The notes under the pieces: model-generated
Told to the model about the DNA's origin: nothing
Seen by the model: the letters and a program-made list of their open reading frames with translations, nothing else
Database searches by the model: none
In this document: piece after piece, positions 38,208 to 51,576 of the stretch
Position numbering within the stretch: position 1 is the stretch's first letter
How the letters are laid out: the number at the start of each line of letters is the position of its first letter
From: Octopus sinensis
Lineage: Eukaryota
Direction of reading: 5' to 3'
Length of the DNA: 64,000 nucleotides
NCBI RefSeq assembly: GCF_006345805.1
Contig: NC_042998.1
Location: 79,670,001-79,734,000 of the forward strand
Program-made: the position numbers and the translations under genes

Positions 38208-40007
38208 ACACACACACACATGCAAACATACACAGAGTGGTCTTTCCTAATCCACTCACAAGTCTTCAGTTGGCTCAGGGCCAAGTAGAAGACACTTGTC
38301 CTAGGTACCATGCAGTATAACTGAACCTGAAACAATGTGGCTGGTAAGCAAGTACCTTACCACACAGCCATGCCTCTGTGTGTGTGTGTGTGTGTGTGTG
38401 TAGGTAGGTAGGTAGGTATAATCTTCATGAAGAGAAAGCATAGTTAACCAACATTTGGTTTTCACTCATATCATTAGTAGCAGCAGATTAACAACAACAA
38501 TAATAACAATAATAATAATAATAATGCCTGCTGGCTGCACTGTACTGCATTATCATACAAAACAGTAACATCCAAGTATGTGTTGTACTATTGTAGTTAT
38601 TTTCACCAATATTTCTGAATCACTCTGCTTTGTCCATTAAACTGATTTACAGAAATGCTCTGATTTTCCTCATTCTTACCAAAGCATCTCTTCTCATTTG
38701 ATGGATAAATTCCATTTCTGCCTTTATGCCAAGAGTGAAAGACGAAAGAACAAAAATCAATGTATTGATTGGGGACAGCTGGATTTCTTTTAAGAAGTTT
38801 TGCAAGTGAATTATATGAAAATTTTCCCATCGCCTTCATCAGTGTTTTAACTCTGTAGTAGTCCTCTTCATCATTATCATCATCATTATCATCATCATCG
38901 TCATCTTTATCACTCATAATTATCATCATTGTCTTTACCATCATTATCATCACCATCACTACCACCATCACCATTATCATTGTCACCATCATCATCACTA
39001 TCATCATTCACATTAGTTATTGCAACGCTGATGATAATAAAGCCACTGGTATCTTTGTTATTGTCTTCATATTTATTTTATCATTAACAACAACAACAAG
39101 ACTAGCAATACCGTAACCCCAGACTGTTATCACTAAACAATGCCCTCAGTTGTCATTGATTTTACACTCTAGTTAAGCAGATAACAAGTAACAGAAAAAT
39201 GAAATAAGCTACTTTCTATTTTTATTTCGGAGATGTACTTGCATAGCAAGTGATTTGATCTGAGAGCGTGTGCTGAAACGAAAACAATTGCAGCGTGGAA
39301 GGTGTTTGTAAGTCATTTAAGAAACACAAAAGCTGTTCAATTCACTTCAACATTTAAGTTTAATTTGTCAAAATATTTTCGTCGCTTTAAGACCGCGACC
39401 TGTTCACTGACAAAAATCCGTGCTTCAATTCATACTTTCTCTCCTATTTTCTGGGAGTGATGGTAGTGGTAGCAGCAATGGCAGTAGTTGTGGTGTTGGA
39501 TGATGGTTTGATAGTGGTGGTAGCTGTGATTGTTTAGCCCCATGTCTGCAATGATCAAATTGACTTAAAGACATTCCACTCTTGACCATGGTGGAGGCAT
39601 GTGGTTTAGTGGTTAGGGTGTTGAACTCATGATCGTAAGATTGTGGTTTCAATTCCTGGACAGGGCAATGCATTGTGTTCTTGAGCAAAATACTTCATTT
39701 CATGTTTCTCCAGTCCACTCAGCTGGCAAGAATATATAATCCTATGATGGACCAGTGTTTCGTCCAGGTGAGGAATATATGTGCCATGAAACTATCCCTT
39801 ATGAGTCTGTATGACTTGAGAAGGAAACTTTACCATTACCTTTTACTCTTGACCATCTTATTATTTTTCTTTTCCATATACAATGGTCTTAAATTATATT
39901 TTCCAATGTCTACTTATAATTTTAAGACAGCAGGTATGATTCGAGTGAAATTTAGGACCATGTAATGAAAAGTTGTGATTATCTTGTCCTGTTTTTTTTA
40001 GACACTA

Positions 40008-42652
40008 TATGAGGGTGGGCTGAAAAGTTCATAGGCTGACTATAAAGGAGTGATGCTAGAGCTGTGAAATCTTGCAATTTCAACTCTTCTTATTAATAAT
40101 TGCGTTATTTTATTCTGAGTAAACTGATATCTGACTATTCTAAGAAGACTTCAAAAGTAACTAGTAGCAATTTCTCTTGAAAATAGACAAAATTTGGCAT
40201 TGTGGTGTTATCAAGCACCCACAGAAAAAAGGGTTTAGAACCCAAGGACATTCATGTTGTCGTGTTTGCTACATTAGGGGATGATGATCCAGCTTTAACA
40301 ATAGTGCAAAAGTGGGCAGCTGAATTTACAAGGGGGAGGGAGAGTCTTGAAGGTGACCCAAGATCTGAATGCCTTGCAGTTGCCACCTCTGAGGAAAATG
40401 TGGTGATAGATGACAGGTGATTGACTATAAATACAATGCAGTGGAAACACCTCTCTTCACCTGCTCCAAAGAAGGCCAAGGTCGTTTCATCTGTAAATAA
40501 GGTGATGGCCTCAATTTTTTGGGATGCAAAAGGCATTGTGTTTATTGACTATCTTCATAAGAGCCACACCACCAATGAAGAGTACTATCCTAAGTTGTTG
40601 AGGCAGTCTTTTCAGTCCACCAATGCACGTGGTAGGTCTTCTTAGGTGCACTTGGAGTCCTTTATGTATGTTTGATGTGGTATCCATGCTTTAGTGCCCA
40701 AAGAAGAATATTGCTAACGATCTCATCCTTTGCTCTGAAGCAGTGTCCTTTGAATCTAGTTCTTTCTCTAATGACATGTAATACTAGTGGTAAATTACCA
40801 AAGAGAAGTTCTTTCATAGGGTGTTGTCTCAGGAGGTGTCCAGATCAGCTTGAAGCATTCTTATAAAAGTTCCATCAATTTTCTTTTCAAGATGTTTTGT
40901 TAGGACCCATATTGTACATCTATATAACACAACTGACTGCACAACCACCTGAAAGAAATTATGTTTCAAATTTAATGAAAGTTTAGATTTCCAGACTATT
41001 GATAATTTATTTAATACTGCTCAGTCTTTGCTGATTTGGACACAAAATCACTTGCAGGCAGATCTTCCTTTGCAATTTTATTTCCAAGGTATGTGAGTTT
41101 GTCAATATTTTTTAAGGATTTTCCAGATGTAGAGTTGATGTTGCCACTCTGGTTGCACATCATATATTCTGTCTTGTCTGAGTTGATGTAGAGACCATCA
41201 CCTTTAGCAGCACTTTCAAGGCTGTACGTGAGAGACTCTGCATCACGAACTTCATCTGCTATTAGTGCCAAGTCATCAGCATAGTCAGCATTTGTGATGG
41301 TCTTAGTTGGAAAACGTCTGCTTTTGGTTGGTTGAAGAGTGAATCGTTTGTCCTTCATCTCATCTCCAGAGGTGCGTAGAACATAATCTAGACATTTAAT
41401 GAAAAGGTAGTGTGCCTAGGTATCACCCTAGAGGACACCAACCACTATGTCAATGAACTCTGTGTTGCCATCTAGAGAACAAACTATAGACTGAGTATTT
41501 CTATACAACATTATGATGGCACTGACAGTTTCCTTTGGGATACCGTATGCAAGAAGTATTTTTTTCCCTTTTCTTTCTATGTACAGCCTTCTGGCTTCCC
41601 AGACCCCAGTTGAACCGTCCAACCCATGCTAGCATGGAAAGCGGACGCTAAGCGATGATGATGATGATGATGTATAAGTCAAAGGCCCTAGAAAAATCAA
41701 ATAGTAGCACTGCTTTCAGGTTCCTCGCACAAACTCCTTCAATAACTCTTTGGATTGTAGGAATCTGGGCTAATGTAGATGTATTTCGTTAAAGCTATTC
41801 TGGTTTTTCTTCAAGATTTTTTTGATCCCCAGTCAGATATGATTGAGTTGCAGCATTGTAAACTTTGGCAGATATGGCAGTGAGAGTAACCCCCTTGTAG
41901 TTTTTGGTGGCACCAAGATCTCTCCCTTGTTTGGAAACAGGTGGATGTATCTTTTACTCCATCCATTTCTATATGGTTTTGGTGGTTCATATCATTACAG
42001 AGTCAAAGAAGAATGTCATTATATTTCCCTGTTTTCCAAACTTCAGGTGGGACTTCATTCAAACCAGCTGCCTTTGTGTTCTTCAACAATTTTATGACTG
42101 CTCCCAGCTCACTCATAGAAGACTCTCCAAGTTGTATGTTGAGTTGATGGTGAATGATCTTTCTAATCTCAGAGTCAGTAATTTCAGGTATTTTACCAAG
42201 TAGATTTTTAAAGTGATCTCACCACAGTCTGAGTCATTCAACTTTACTTGATGCTTTTATGTTGGAGCTCTTTCTTCATCAGGACAATGATCCAGCACAC
42301 AAGTCCTTGGTTTCAATGACTGCTGTATATATGACTGTGGCTTTGAACTGGTTGATCTCCCTCCCTATTTTCCTGATTTGACCCTCATCTGACTATCATC
42401 TGTTCCCCAACATGAAAAAAAGCATTTGGTTGGGAACCAATATTGCAGTGATGATGATGTCATATCTGCTGTTGATGACATTTTTGGCTAACAGGATGAA
42501 AGCTTCTTCACCAATGGGATCCAAACATTGCAACACTAATGAAAGAATGTGTGGATCACAAGGGGTGAGACAGATGAAAAATAAACCTCATTCACTCACA
42601 TTCCATGAGAGAGTATCTTGGTCAACTATGCACTTTTCAGCCAATCCTCATA
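40008..42652 (+). mobile_element. Mariner element with both TIRs, split by a LINE insertion
   Basis: TA-flanked TIRs tatgagggtgggctgaaaag / cttttcagccaatcctcata. Transposase remnants WAAEFTRGRESLEGDPRS and KVMASIFWDAKGIVFIDYL lie to the left; HQDN-, PDLxPSDYHLF-like remnants lie to the right. Confidence 0.85.
40610..42260 (-). mobile_element. RTE-like LINE fragment nested in the mariner, itself interrupted by a SINE (~41580-41670)
   Basis: ITNADYADDLALI...GLYINSDKTEYM...TYLG RT motifs on the minus strand. Confidence 0.85.
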
Positions 42653-42998
42653 TGTAAGACTACATTATCCAATGTAAGAATATTATTTACAGCAAAAATT
42701 CCCTAAGCTGTGCCAACAATGTATAATAGAAAAAAACTGATGCTTAAAATAATAATAATAATAATAATCATTTCCTCCAGCATGCTAACAATTTTGCCAG
42801 CTTGCCACCTTAATAATAATAATAATAATAATAACAATAATATCAAAAGATAGTGAGAGAGACATAAAGGAAATAGGAATAGTGTTGGGAAATTATTAGA
42901 AAGTTAAAGAGAACAAATAGCATGGTACCATGAGCTGCAGGTAGCAAGATCACTACTTATGGAAGATTCCAGGTGTTCCAACAAAATCAGAGTTGAAA

Positions 42999-43048
<50 letters not shown>

Positions 43049-43250
43049 TGTACTATAGACACAAAACCTGAAATTTTGGGTCAAGGGGCTAGTTGATAAC
43101 ATCAATCCCAGTGCTCAACTGTTACTTGTTTCATTGTTCCCAAAAGAACAAAAGGCAAAGTTGATCTCAGCAGAATTTTAATGTTATGATGAACACAATG
43201 CCACTAAGCATTTTGTCCAGCATGCTAATGATTTCTGCCAACTCACCACC

Positions 43251-43288
<38 letters not shown>

Positions 43289-46200
43289 CCTTTCTTTATT
43301 AGTCACAAGGTCCAACAAAAATAAGACTGGACATTACAAAACATGAAGGACAAAGTGGGGTTACAGAAAGTGTCATGTAAAAAGTTGATAACAATGAAAA
43401 ATATAAGAAAGAAAAAGCCTAAAAGAGACAAGCAACTCAAGGCTTCTCATGGAGACCCCACTAGAGCAAGAGCCCTTTCCCCATCTTTCTTTCTCTCACA
43501 GCCTTGGAAACTCAAAAGCACACGCTCAGAGTAGGCCTGTTGACACAGACCATCACTCCACATTCACCCACCTTTCAACAAATTTTCTGGAAGTTAGCAC
43601 TTCTCTCTCAACCCTCACTTTCCTTTCCTGATGGTATCTGAAAATGTTGATGAGGGGTAGGCCAAAGCGGAAAATATCTATCTTCAGCCCTTTCAGTCTA
43701 GACCACCACACAGCCTCTTTCGCTACAGTCATGAGACAGATGAAAACTGCCTCTCCTTGTCAGCCAAAGGAAGGCGGTGGGGCAATCCTCATTATGGAAT
43801 CAGCCGACAAGCAGACACGTCCTATACATGACAGCAGGTGTTCGACATAAACCCATATATCAGATATGCTCAGGCACTGGATGAGTGTGTGCAAAATGGT
43901 TTCATCACTCTGCGCTCATCTTGGGCAGGTCTGACTGACGATACTTCCATGCTTGTAGAGTTTATTTCGAACAGGCAAAGCCCTCTGGCAGTACTGCCTG
44001 GCCAAAGATTTGTAGAAGTTATCTATAGGCATCACCTAAAAGTCCTCCAGAACCAACAGGTGAGTTGAAATTCATCGACACCTTGATTCTCTCCGAGAAT
44101 GTCGTCATTTCCTTTCACCACTAACACTCTATACAATGCCATATTAGAACTTCCACTAGCCACATTGCCCAACTGGCTGAGGAGCATGAATGCCTGGCAA
44201 CACTCAAGGTGCCAGTCACCCAGCCTCAGTCTACACTTCATCCAAGATTGCAACTCATTAATAAGAGATGAGCTGCGGGAAAGCAATGGCAACCACACCT
44301 GCTCACTGTCATCGAGGCAATGCTATATGTGTCACATACTCAGCGCATGTCTGCACATTAACAGCCACAGTATACCCAGCCCACCATTCATAGAGGGTTG
44401 ACAGCAAATGGAGCACCTGACCAGTGGAGTCCATCCCTTCCATAAGAGGCGGAAAAGCAAAGCTCCAGCTCAACCAGGTATGAATTGGGGCAAGGCATGA
44501 CAGTGAGGTGGTAGTAAAAGACCGAGGCGATGTATGTGTTTACCACCTCTCCCCGATCTTTCAAGGATAGCTTCCTCTCAGCCCATTTCTGGGTGAGACT
44601 GGCTACCCTGCTCGTCACCTCACTCCAGTTCTTCTCCAGTTGCAGGTCCAGTCCAAATCAGACCCCAAGCAATTTTACAGGCCCAACCATCCAGCCTCCT
44701 ATAACGCTGTCGATCAGTATGGATCTCTCACTCTAGGTGCTCAGCTGCAGGCCGACTGACTTTTCCAGATTAATCTTTCTCCCATTACTTCCTCATATTC
44801 TTTCACAGTGGTGCTGACCAGGTCTATGTGCTTGTCGTCTGATGCTATGACAGTGACGTCATCTGCATATGCCAACACAACTCTCCCACATTCTAGTTCA
44901 CACGAGATGCCTCTCAACATCTCCAGTTTCCAAAGTAATGGTTTGAGCGTCAGTACATACAGAATGGACGAGAGTAGGCACCCTTGATGGACTGAATGCA
45001 TGATGTTGAATGGTTCCAATAGGTAATCATTCATATGGACTACTGAGCAGATGTCGCTGTATATGGCAGTGATCCAACTGTGGAAAACCAGACCAAAACC
45101 GGCTGCCATGGGAATAGCCACCAGATATTGGTGGTCAACCCTAGTGAAGGCTTTTGACTGATCTAAATTGATCAGAGCTCCACCCATGCCAGGTTTCTTA
45201 ACTACCCTATCCATGATGTAGCACATGAAGTGGGGATTGTCATGGATGGACCTGTTTGGGATGGTGCATATTTGTACATCTCCAACCAGTTTCTCAACAA
45301 CTAGTGCCAACTTCTTTACTAACACCTTGGCCAAAATTTTCATGCTCGTGTTAAGCAGAGTGATGGGTCTAATACCTCCCTTTTGTTTGAATCCTTTTTC
45401 AGCAGTAACACTGCTCCTTGGTTCACAGTTTTGGAAATTCTCTCATTCTGTTGCTAATTGGAGTAGATATCTGCTAAAAGGCCTGCAAATAAGTCTGGTA
45501 TACTTGAATAAAGTTCATAGAGCAGACCATCCAATCTCTGTGATTTGCCCCTGTGCAGCCCATTATCTCATCTCGTATTTCCTCAATTGTTGTTGGCTTT
45601 TCACAACACTCCACATCTCTTGCTGAGTGTCATGGCAGGCAGTGAAATCCATCCTGTAATCTGGACTACTGTTTGTCTCAGACAATTCGGCAAAATGCTG
45701 TTGAAAAGCCGCACACATCAGCTCCAGCTCGTTCACCATGTGCCCATTTTGGTCCACCAAAGACCGAATGGTGTTTTTGTTGCCATTTTGTGCCTTAGCT
45801 CTGATAATGCAACCTTCATGGTTGGCGTTGAAGTGTTGGTCGAAGGCCCACCTTGCTGCCAGCACATCAGTTGCAATGCCTTTCCTAAGCACCTCTTTTA
45901 ACTCTCTCACTAAATCACTAAATCACCCTCTATTCTATTTCTTTCTACAGCTAAAACTTTGCTAAACCTAATGGATTCTAATTTGATGGCCCCTTTTTAG
46001 GTTATACCACCATTTATTGTGGACAATTGCCTCCATCAAACCTTTCTGAACTAACTCTTTAATCTTGGCATACTGGAAGTGACATGTTCACCTTCCAGTA
46101 GCCGGGGCCCTGTCTACGTATGCTAAGTCAACTTTACTGGTCACCAATTTGTGATCTGTGTAGCCGACGATTTGAAACTGTGGACAAATTAATACTATCC

Positions 46201-48260
46201 CTGTCTAAAGACCTGCAAAATACTCTATCTAGATACAATCTGGATGTTCCAATGTGGTTTGCCCATGTCCACATTGGCATATTCGGGAAATCCAGTTAGT
46301 ACCTGTCAGACAGTTGAAAGTGACTGAGCAGGTTTGCGAGGCTTTTGCAACCCCCTTTCCTAACAGCTAGCCTCACACAATCCAGTTGTGGATCTAAGAT
46401 GACTAACACTAAAGGTAGGAATGTAGCCAGGAATCCAGATGCCTGAATTATTCCAGCTGTCCTGCATCTGCCAATGCATTAACAGCCACCAGTCTGAAGG
46501 CCTGGACCGCCAGCTTGCCTTCTGGGTCCAAGAAGACTGATCTTATTTTGAGATCCAGACCTTTCTGAAACAATACCACAGTAACCCCACCACCCATTCT
46601 TTGCTGACACAGAGATGTGTAGAACTTGTAGTCATTGAAAATGGGCATGAAAGCTCATGGCTTGGTTGGTCTAGATTCAGTAATGGCTATTACATCTATT
46701 TCTTGTGACTTAAGGTCATTGAATTGGTGACCTTGTTTCCAAGGGGACCTCAGGCCATGTACATTTATGCAACCTATTTTGAGTATGACCATTTGAGTGG
46801 CTGGTAAGGAGAAAAAAAGGAGAGAACTACTTACTGTTAGCATACTGGGATGGGAGCAGGGCAGATGTCCCACTCCTTAAGTGGAGTGTGGTTGTCTCCA
46901 TGACTAAGGATTTATAGAGGCTCCAGGATACTTTTGTGCTGAAGCCTCCAACCACCTGTGGAAATTTGGATTTTATGTTTATGTATGTTGCGATGTTCGA
47001 AATATCTGTATGTGTGGTGGCAGTGTGTTATCTGTGGGGGAAACAAAGTCAGTCGTTTTGATGTCTATATTTTTCTTTATGTATAATAGTAAGTTTGTGT
47101 TGTCTGTGTTTATGGCGGTGAGTCTTGTGGTATTTTTGTTATTTTTGTTTACTTTTTGTGCTGACCCAGTTGTGTCTTGAACTGTTGGCTGTGTCTCTGG
47201 TGTTAGTAGCAGTGGTGTTGGTGAAAGTGTTGGAAGCATGGGTGTTGATGTGTTGTTGTTTTCAGGTGATTTTGATTGCTTTTTTTTATTTTGAGAGTTC
47301 TACTTGTTTATTTGTTGGTGTACTGTTGTGCCTTTTTCTTAGTCTTTTATGTGTGACATCTGTCCACTTAGTTCTGTCAGCCTCTCTGCACAACATGTCT
47401 GAGTGGTCAGAGTCGGGAAGGGGTAGTTCTTGTGGGTTGAAATTTGCTGATGTTTTTTATTCCTCTGGCAAGAGCTGTGTTGTTAGTATTTTTGTAGGTT
47501 TTGTAGTGGTGGTTATGGTCAGCGCCTCTGTTGTTGTTGGCATTGTTTACTCTCGTGTAGCTGTTGGTGGTGGTGGTGTTTTTGCTGGAGCCCTCTCTGC
47601 TATCTTTTCTTGGGGTTTCTTCTCTTGTTGGGGCTGCTTCGGTTGTTGTGGTGTGGGTGGTGCTTGTATCAAGGGGGTAGTGCGCTCCTTCTGTTTTAGT
47701 TGTGGGCGGAAGGCTTTCAGGTGGTTATTCTGTCTGCATTGATAACGTCTTGGCCTTCTGCTCTCAATAGTGACATTTAGCATAGTGCCATCTGGAAGGC
47801 TGAGTTGGTCAGGAATTTGTTCCAAAATGTCTTGGTTTATTTGGACCATTATTTGCAATTCTTAACCAGCCCAGTTGTTTTTTCCTTGTTTCTTGACTTG
47901 GATGATTCTGATTTTATCCTCCAAGTCAAGAAGGACGGCCATGACAATCCAGCAAGCATTCATTTCTGGTGGTGTTTCCAGTATTTTTATCTTGGTGAGA
48001 CGCTGTCCCATGTAGGTTGGAACAAGGACATGTTCACTGTTTCTCAGCTGGGCTGTTGAGTACTGTTTTGCTATGTCTTCTGTAGGAAATCTAACTTCAA
48101 TTGTGCCATATTTCTTACCCTTCACCAGATCAGTTGCATCTTTCCAAATGGGTTGCAAGCATTTTTCAACTGCTTGCTTTGTAGCTGTTTCTATACATTC
48201 ATTTTTTAATGATATAGTTTTGTACACTATGATACATTTGTTTGTTTTCTCTATAATCTC
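43289..48260 (-). mobile_element. Tx1/L1-clade non-LTR retrotransposon, near full length, degenerate
   Basis: ORF1 remnants (47547-48250) with a decayed CCHC knuckle. ORF2 starts at 46792 with APE motif KIGCINVHGL, and carries RT motifs NLDQSKAFTRVDH, HQGCLLS and AYADD. The 3' end has AATAAA followed by (TTA)n. Confidence 0.9.
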
Positions 48261-48261
48261 T

Positions 48262-48485
48262 CTCTTACTCTTTACTCTTTTGCTTGTTTCAGTCATTTGA
48301 TTGCGGCCATGCTGGAGCACCGCCTTTAATCGAGCAACTCGACCCCGGGACTTATTCTTTTGTAAGCCCAGTACTTATTCTATCGGTCTCTTTTGCCGAA
48401 CCGCTAAGTAACGGGGACATAAACACACCAGCATCGGTTGTCAAGCAATGCTAGGGGGACAAACGCAGACACACAAACACACACA

Positions 48486-48527
<42 letters not shown>

Positions 48528-48700
48528 ATACATATATATGACGGGCTTCTTTCAGTTTCCGTCTACCAAATCCACTCACAAGGCTTTGGTCGGCCCAAGG
48601 CTATAGTAGAAGACACTTGCCCAAGGTGCCACACAGTGGGACTGAACCCGGAACCATGTGGTTGGTAAGCAAGCTACTTACCACACAGCCACTCCTGCGC
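48262..48700 (-). mobile_element. Full-length tRNA-derived SINE (family also at ~725-890, 35060-36162 nested, 50735-51115)
   Basis: Head ggctgtgtggtaagtagcttgc...ggttccgggttcagtccc (A/B-box-like), internal (TA)/(TG)n, tail ...gactgaaacaag(taaaaga)n. Confidence 0.85.
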
Positions 48701-48883
48701 CTGGTAGTGTGTTTATCAAAACACATCTTTTGCTTTTTCTTTATAAAATGTTTCTGTAGTCTTTGAGAGATTCTACAGAAACATTTATAAATTCATTTCC
48801 TGATTTTGCTATTGAAGCAAAACCTCAGCTGTTTAATGCATTGGGTTGTTTATGTTGTTGTTGGGCGTTCGATGTGTTAGTGT

Positions 48884-49135
48884 AATTAGTTAGATTTCCT
48901 ACAGAAGACATAGCAAAACAGTACTCCACAGCCCAGCTGAGAAACAGTGAACATGTCTTTGTTCCAACATACTTGGGACAGCGTCTCACCAAGATAAAAA
49001 TACTGGAAACACCACCAGAAATGAATGCTTGCTGGATTGTCATGGCCATCCTTCTTGACTTGGAGGATAAAATCAGAATCATCCAAGTCAAGAAACAAGG
49101 AAAAAACAACTGGGCTGGTTAAGAATTACAAATAT
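48884..49135 (+). repeat. Inverted duplicate of Tx1 ORF1 segment 47850-48095
   Basis: The sequence is the reverse complement of about 47850-48095 with only a few substitutions. Confidence 0.9.
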
Positions 49136-50201
49136 GGCGGGCTTGGATTCACAGGTGTTAGTGGTGGTAGTGAGAGGGCTTTGTATTAGTAGCATCCATT
49201 AGCTGAATTTCCTTGCTCTTCTCCTCTTCTTTCTCACATTTCTTTTCTTGTTTTTCCTTCTGTTGCTTAGCATTTCACATGCTAGCAAGACTTAGGTCGT
49301 CCCTCTCTCTGCCTTTTAAGGTGTGGAGTGGGCAGAGACAATTCATTTTTACACTTTTTTGGCAGTTTTCCAACAGCAGAGAAAGGAAGTCAAAGAGAAA
49401 AGAAGAGCTAACACTCTTCTCCAAAGACATTTTTACAAATTTAAAAAATTGAAAAATAGAGATTTTTAATTGAAAATTTGTCTAACTGCTCAACTCAGCA
49501 AAAGCCAACTTGGCCTAGCCACAGAAATGTCACAAGAAATTTTCAGATACAATAATATTATCTGTAAAAATTGCATGAAAACTTACAGCTCATGAACGCA
49601 CATCCTTCCTCTTTGAAATCTATGAATAAAGTTAATAATAATAATAATGATGATGACGCCATCGCCGCCAATAGTAATAATAATAATAATAAAAGAAACT
49701 GAGAAACTTTCAAAATACAAAGATCTGGAAATAGCGGTAACTCAAATGTGGAGTCTAAAAACAGAAACAATTGCTATCATAGTAGGTGCATTAGGTATGT
49801 TAAAAGAATATTCAGACAAATACATAGCAAAACACCAGGACTAACATACAGAAAATAGCACTGCTAGGCACCATAAACTTTCTACATAAAACACTTTCAA
49901 TACACTAAAACTAAGAGTATCACAACAAACCACAGAACATACCCAAGGCACACAGAGCTGCTCTTGGTAGTGCACATGATAAAAATAAGACTGAATAACA
50001 TTAATAATAGTAATAATGATTACAAATTTTGGCACAAGGCCAGCAACTTTGGGTAGGGGGTTAAGTCAATTACATTGACCATGGTACTTTATCAATCCTG
50101 GTACTTATTTTATTAACCCGGAAAAGCTGGCAAAGTTGACCTTGGCAGAATTTGAACTCAGAAATACTACTACTACTACTACTACCACCACCACCACCAC
50201 C

Positions 50202-50238
<37 letters not shown>

Positions 50239-50408
50239 GAGTTAAAATTAAAAGAAGAGTGCCATTGTTATCGAGTGAACGATATTTTGACATCTTGTGT
50301 GTCTTCAACTGGTTCAAAAAATAAATTTGTCAATGTACTTTTAATTTTGACTCTATATCTTCAGGAGGAGTTACCTCAATCCTTTCTATATTAATGATGA
50401 TGATGATG

Positions 50409-50463
<55 letters not shown>

Positions 50464-50526
50464 AAAAATTAATTAATTGTATTTAATTTTTCTATAGAAA
50501 TTAGGTGCCAGGAACAAAAGAGAAGA

Positions 50527-50678
50527 ATGTCTGACCGAATAGACCTCGACAAACCTCTATGGAACCAAGACACATTTTATGGTCGTCTAAGGTATTTTGC
50601 TTGGGTTACAAACCCATCCACATGTTTAACACCAACAAGTAAACTCTTTGAAGCTAGAGATCTTGTAAATAAATACAG
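50527..50678 (+). CDS. SFXN2: Sideroflexin-2-like mitochondrial carrier, first coding exon (acceptor at 50497 gives 29 nt of 5' UTR)
   Basis: MSDRIDLDKPLWNQDTFYGRLRYFAWVTNPSTCLTPTSKLFEARDLVNKY(R) is a sideroflexin N-terminus. It ends AG|GCAAGT in phase 2, matching the next exon. Upstream acceptor tttttctatag|. Confidence 0.93.
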
Positions 50679-50734
50679 GCAAGTAAGATTTCTTTTCTTT
50701 TTCTGTTATGTGCATGGTTACAATATGTGAATTT

Positions 50735-51115
50735 TATCTTTTATCTTTTACTTGTTTCAGTCGTTAGACTGTGGCCATGCTGGAGCACTGGCTTGAAGAA
50801 TTGTAGTTGTACTTTTTGATCCCAGTACTTATTCTTTGTAAAGCCTGGTACTTTTTCTGTTGGCCTCTTTTGCTGAATTGCTCAGTTACGGGGACATAAA
50901 CGCATCACCACCAGTTGTCAAGCAGCGATGGGGGACAAACACACACACACGCAATGGGCTTCTTACAGTTTCCATCGACTAAATTCACTCACAAGACTTT
51001 GGTCAGTCCAAGGCTATAGTAGAAGACACTTGCCCAAGGTGCCATGCAGTGGAACTGAACCTGGAACCATGTGATTGGAAAGCAAACTTCTTACCCAACA
51101 ACCACACTTGTGCCT
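50735..51115 (-). mobile_element. tRNA-derived SINE in SFXN2 coding intron 1
   Basis: Same head and tail as 48262-48700. Confidence 0.8.
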
Positions 51116-51319
51116 GTTTAAATATATTCATTTATTTTTTCAGTAGTTTCACAGACACAGACACATACACACTCACATACATATTTAATCACACACATAC
51201 GCACACAGCTGTATAGGCCTTGCTCTTTCTACCAAACCAATATGGCTTGGAAGTTAATATTTTTTTGCCATTGCACATTTTTTGTTCTCATCCATATCCT
51301 AATTAATTCTTTTTTGTAG

Positions 51320-51490
51320 GTTGCAACAGGAACCTCCACATACAACACGAGAACAAGTTTTGAAAGCCCATCGTCTAGTTTTATCTGCCTTCCATCCTGA
51401 CTCTGGTGAGTTACAGAACTTCATTGGCAGAATGTCTTTTCAGGTACCTGGTGGAATGTTGCTCATTGGGTGTATGATTAGTTTCTACCG
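51320..51490 (+). CDS. SFXN2: Sideroflexin-2-like coding exon (171 nt)
   Basis: tttttgtag|g TTG...CG|gtaagt. Encodes LQQEPPHTTREQVLKAHRLVLSAFHPDSGELQNFIGRMSFQVPGGMLLIGCMISFYR, containing the family motifs SAFHPDxGE and GRMSFQVPGGM. Confidence 0.96.
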
Positions 51491-51576
51491 GTAAGTTCTT
51501 CCACATTGAAATGTGGCTGAATCCTATCAAATTGACTGTATTTTAAGCTTAGACAAAGTTTCAGAGTAATATGAAC

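Noticed and set aside
38603-39007. 134-aa minus-strand ORF with poly-M/D start and a GTAAGA donor near 38680
   Set aside because: The first half is a (CAT)n microsatellite, the remainder matches no protein I recognise, and there is no convincing acceptor.
47125-47742. 205-aa hydrophobic plus-strand ORF
   Set aside because: Antisense of the low-complexity Tx1 ORF1 C-terminal region.
50679-50730. ORF-track extension of SFXN2 exon (QVRFLFFFCYVHGYNM)
   Set aside because: Read-through into the intron; homology stops at KYR.
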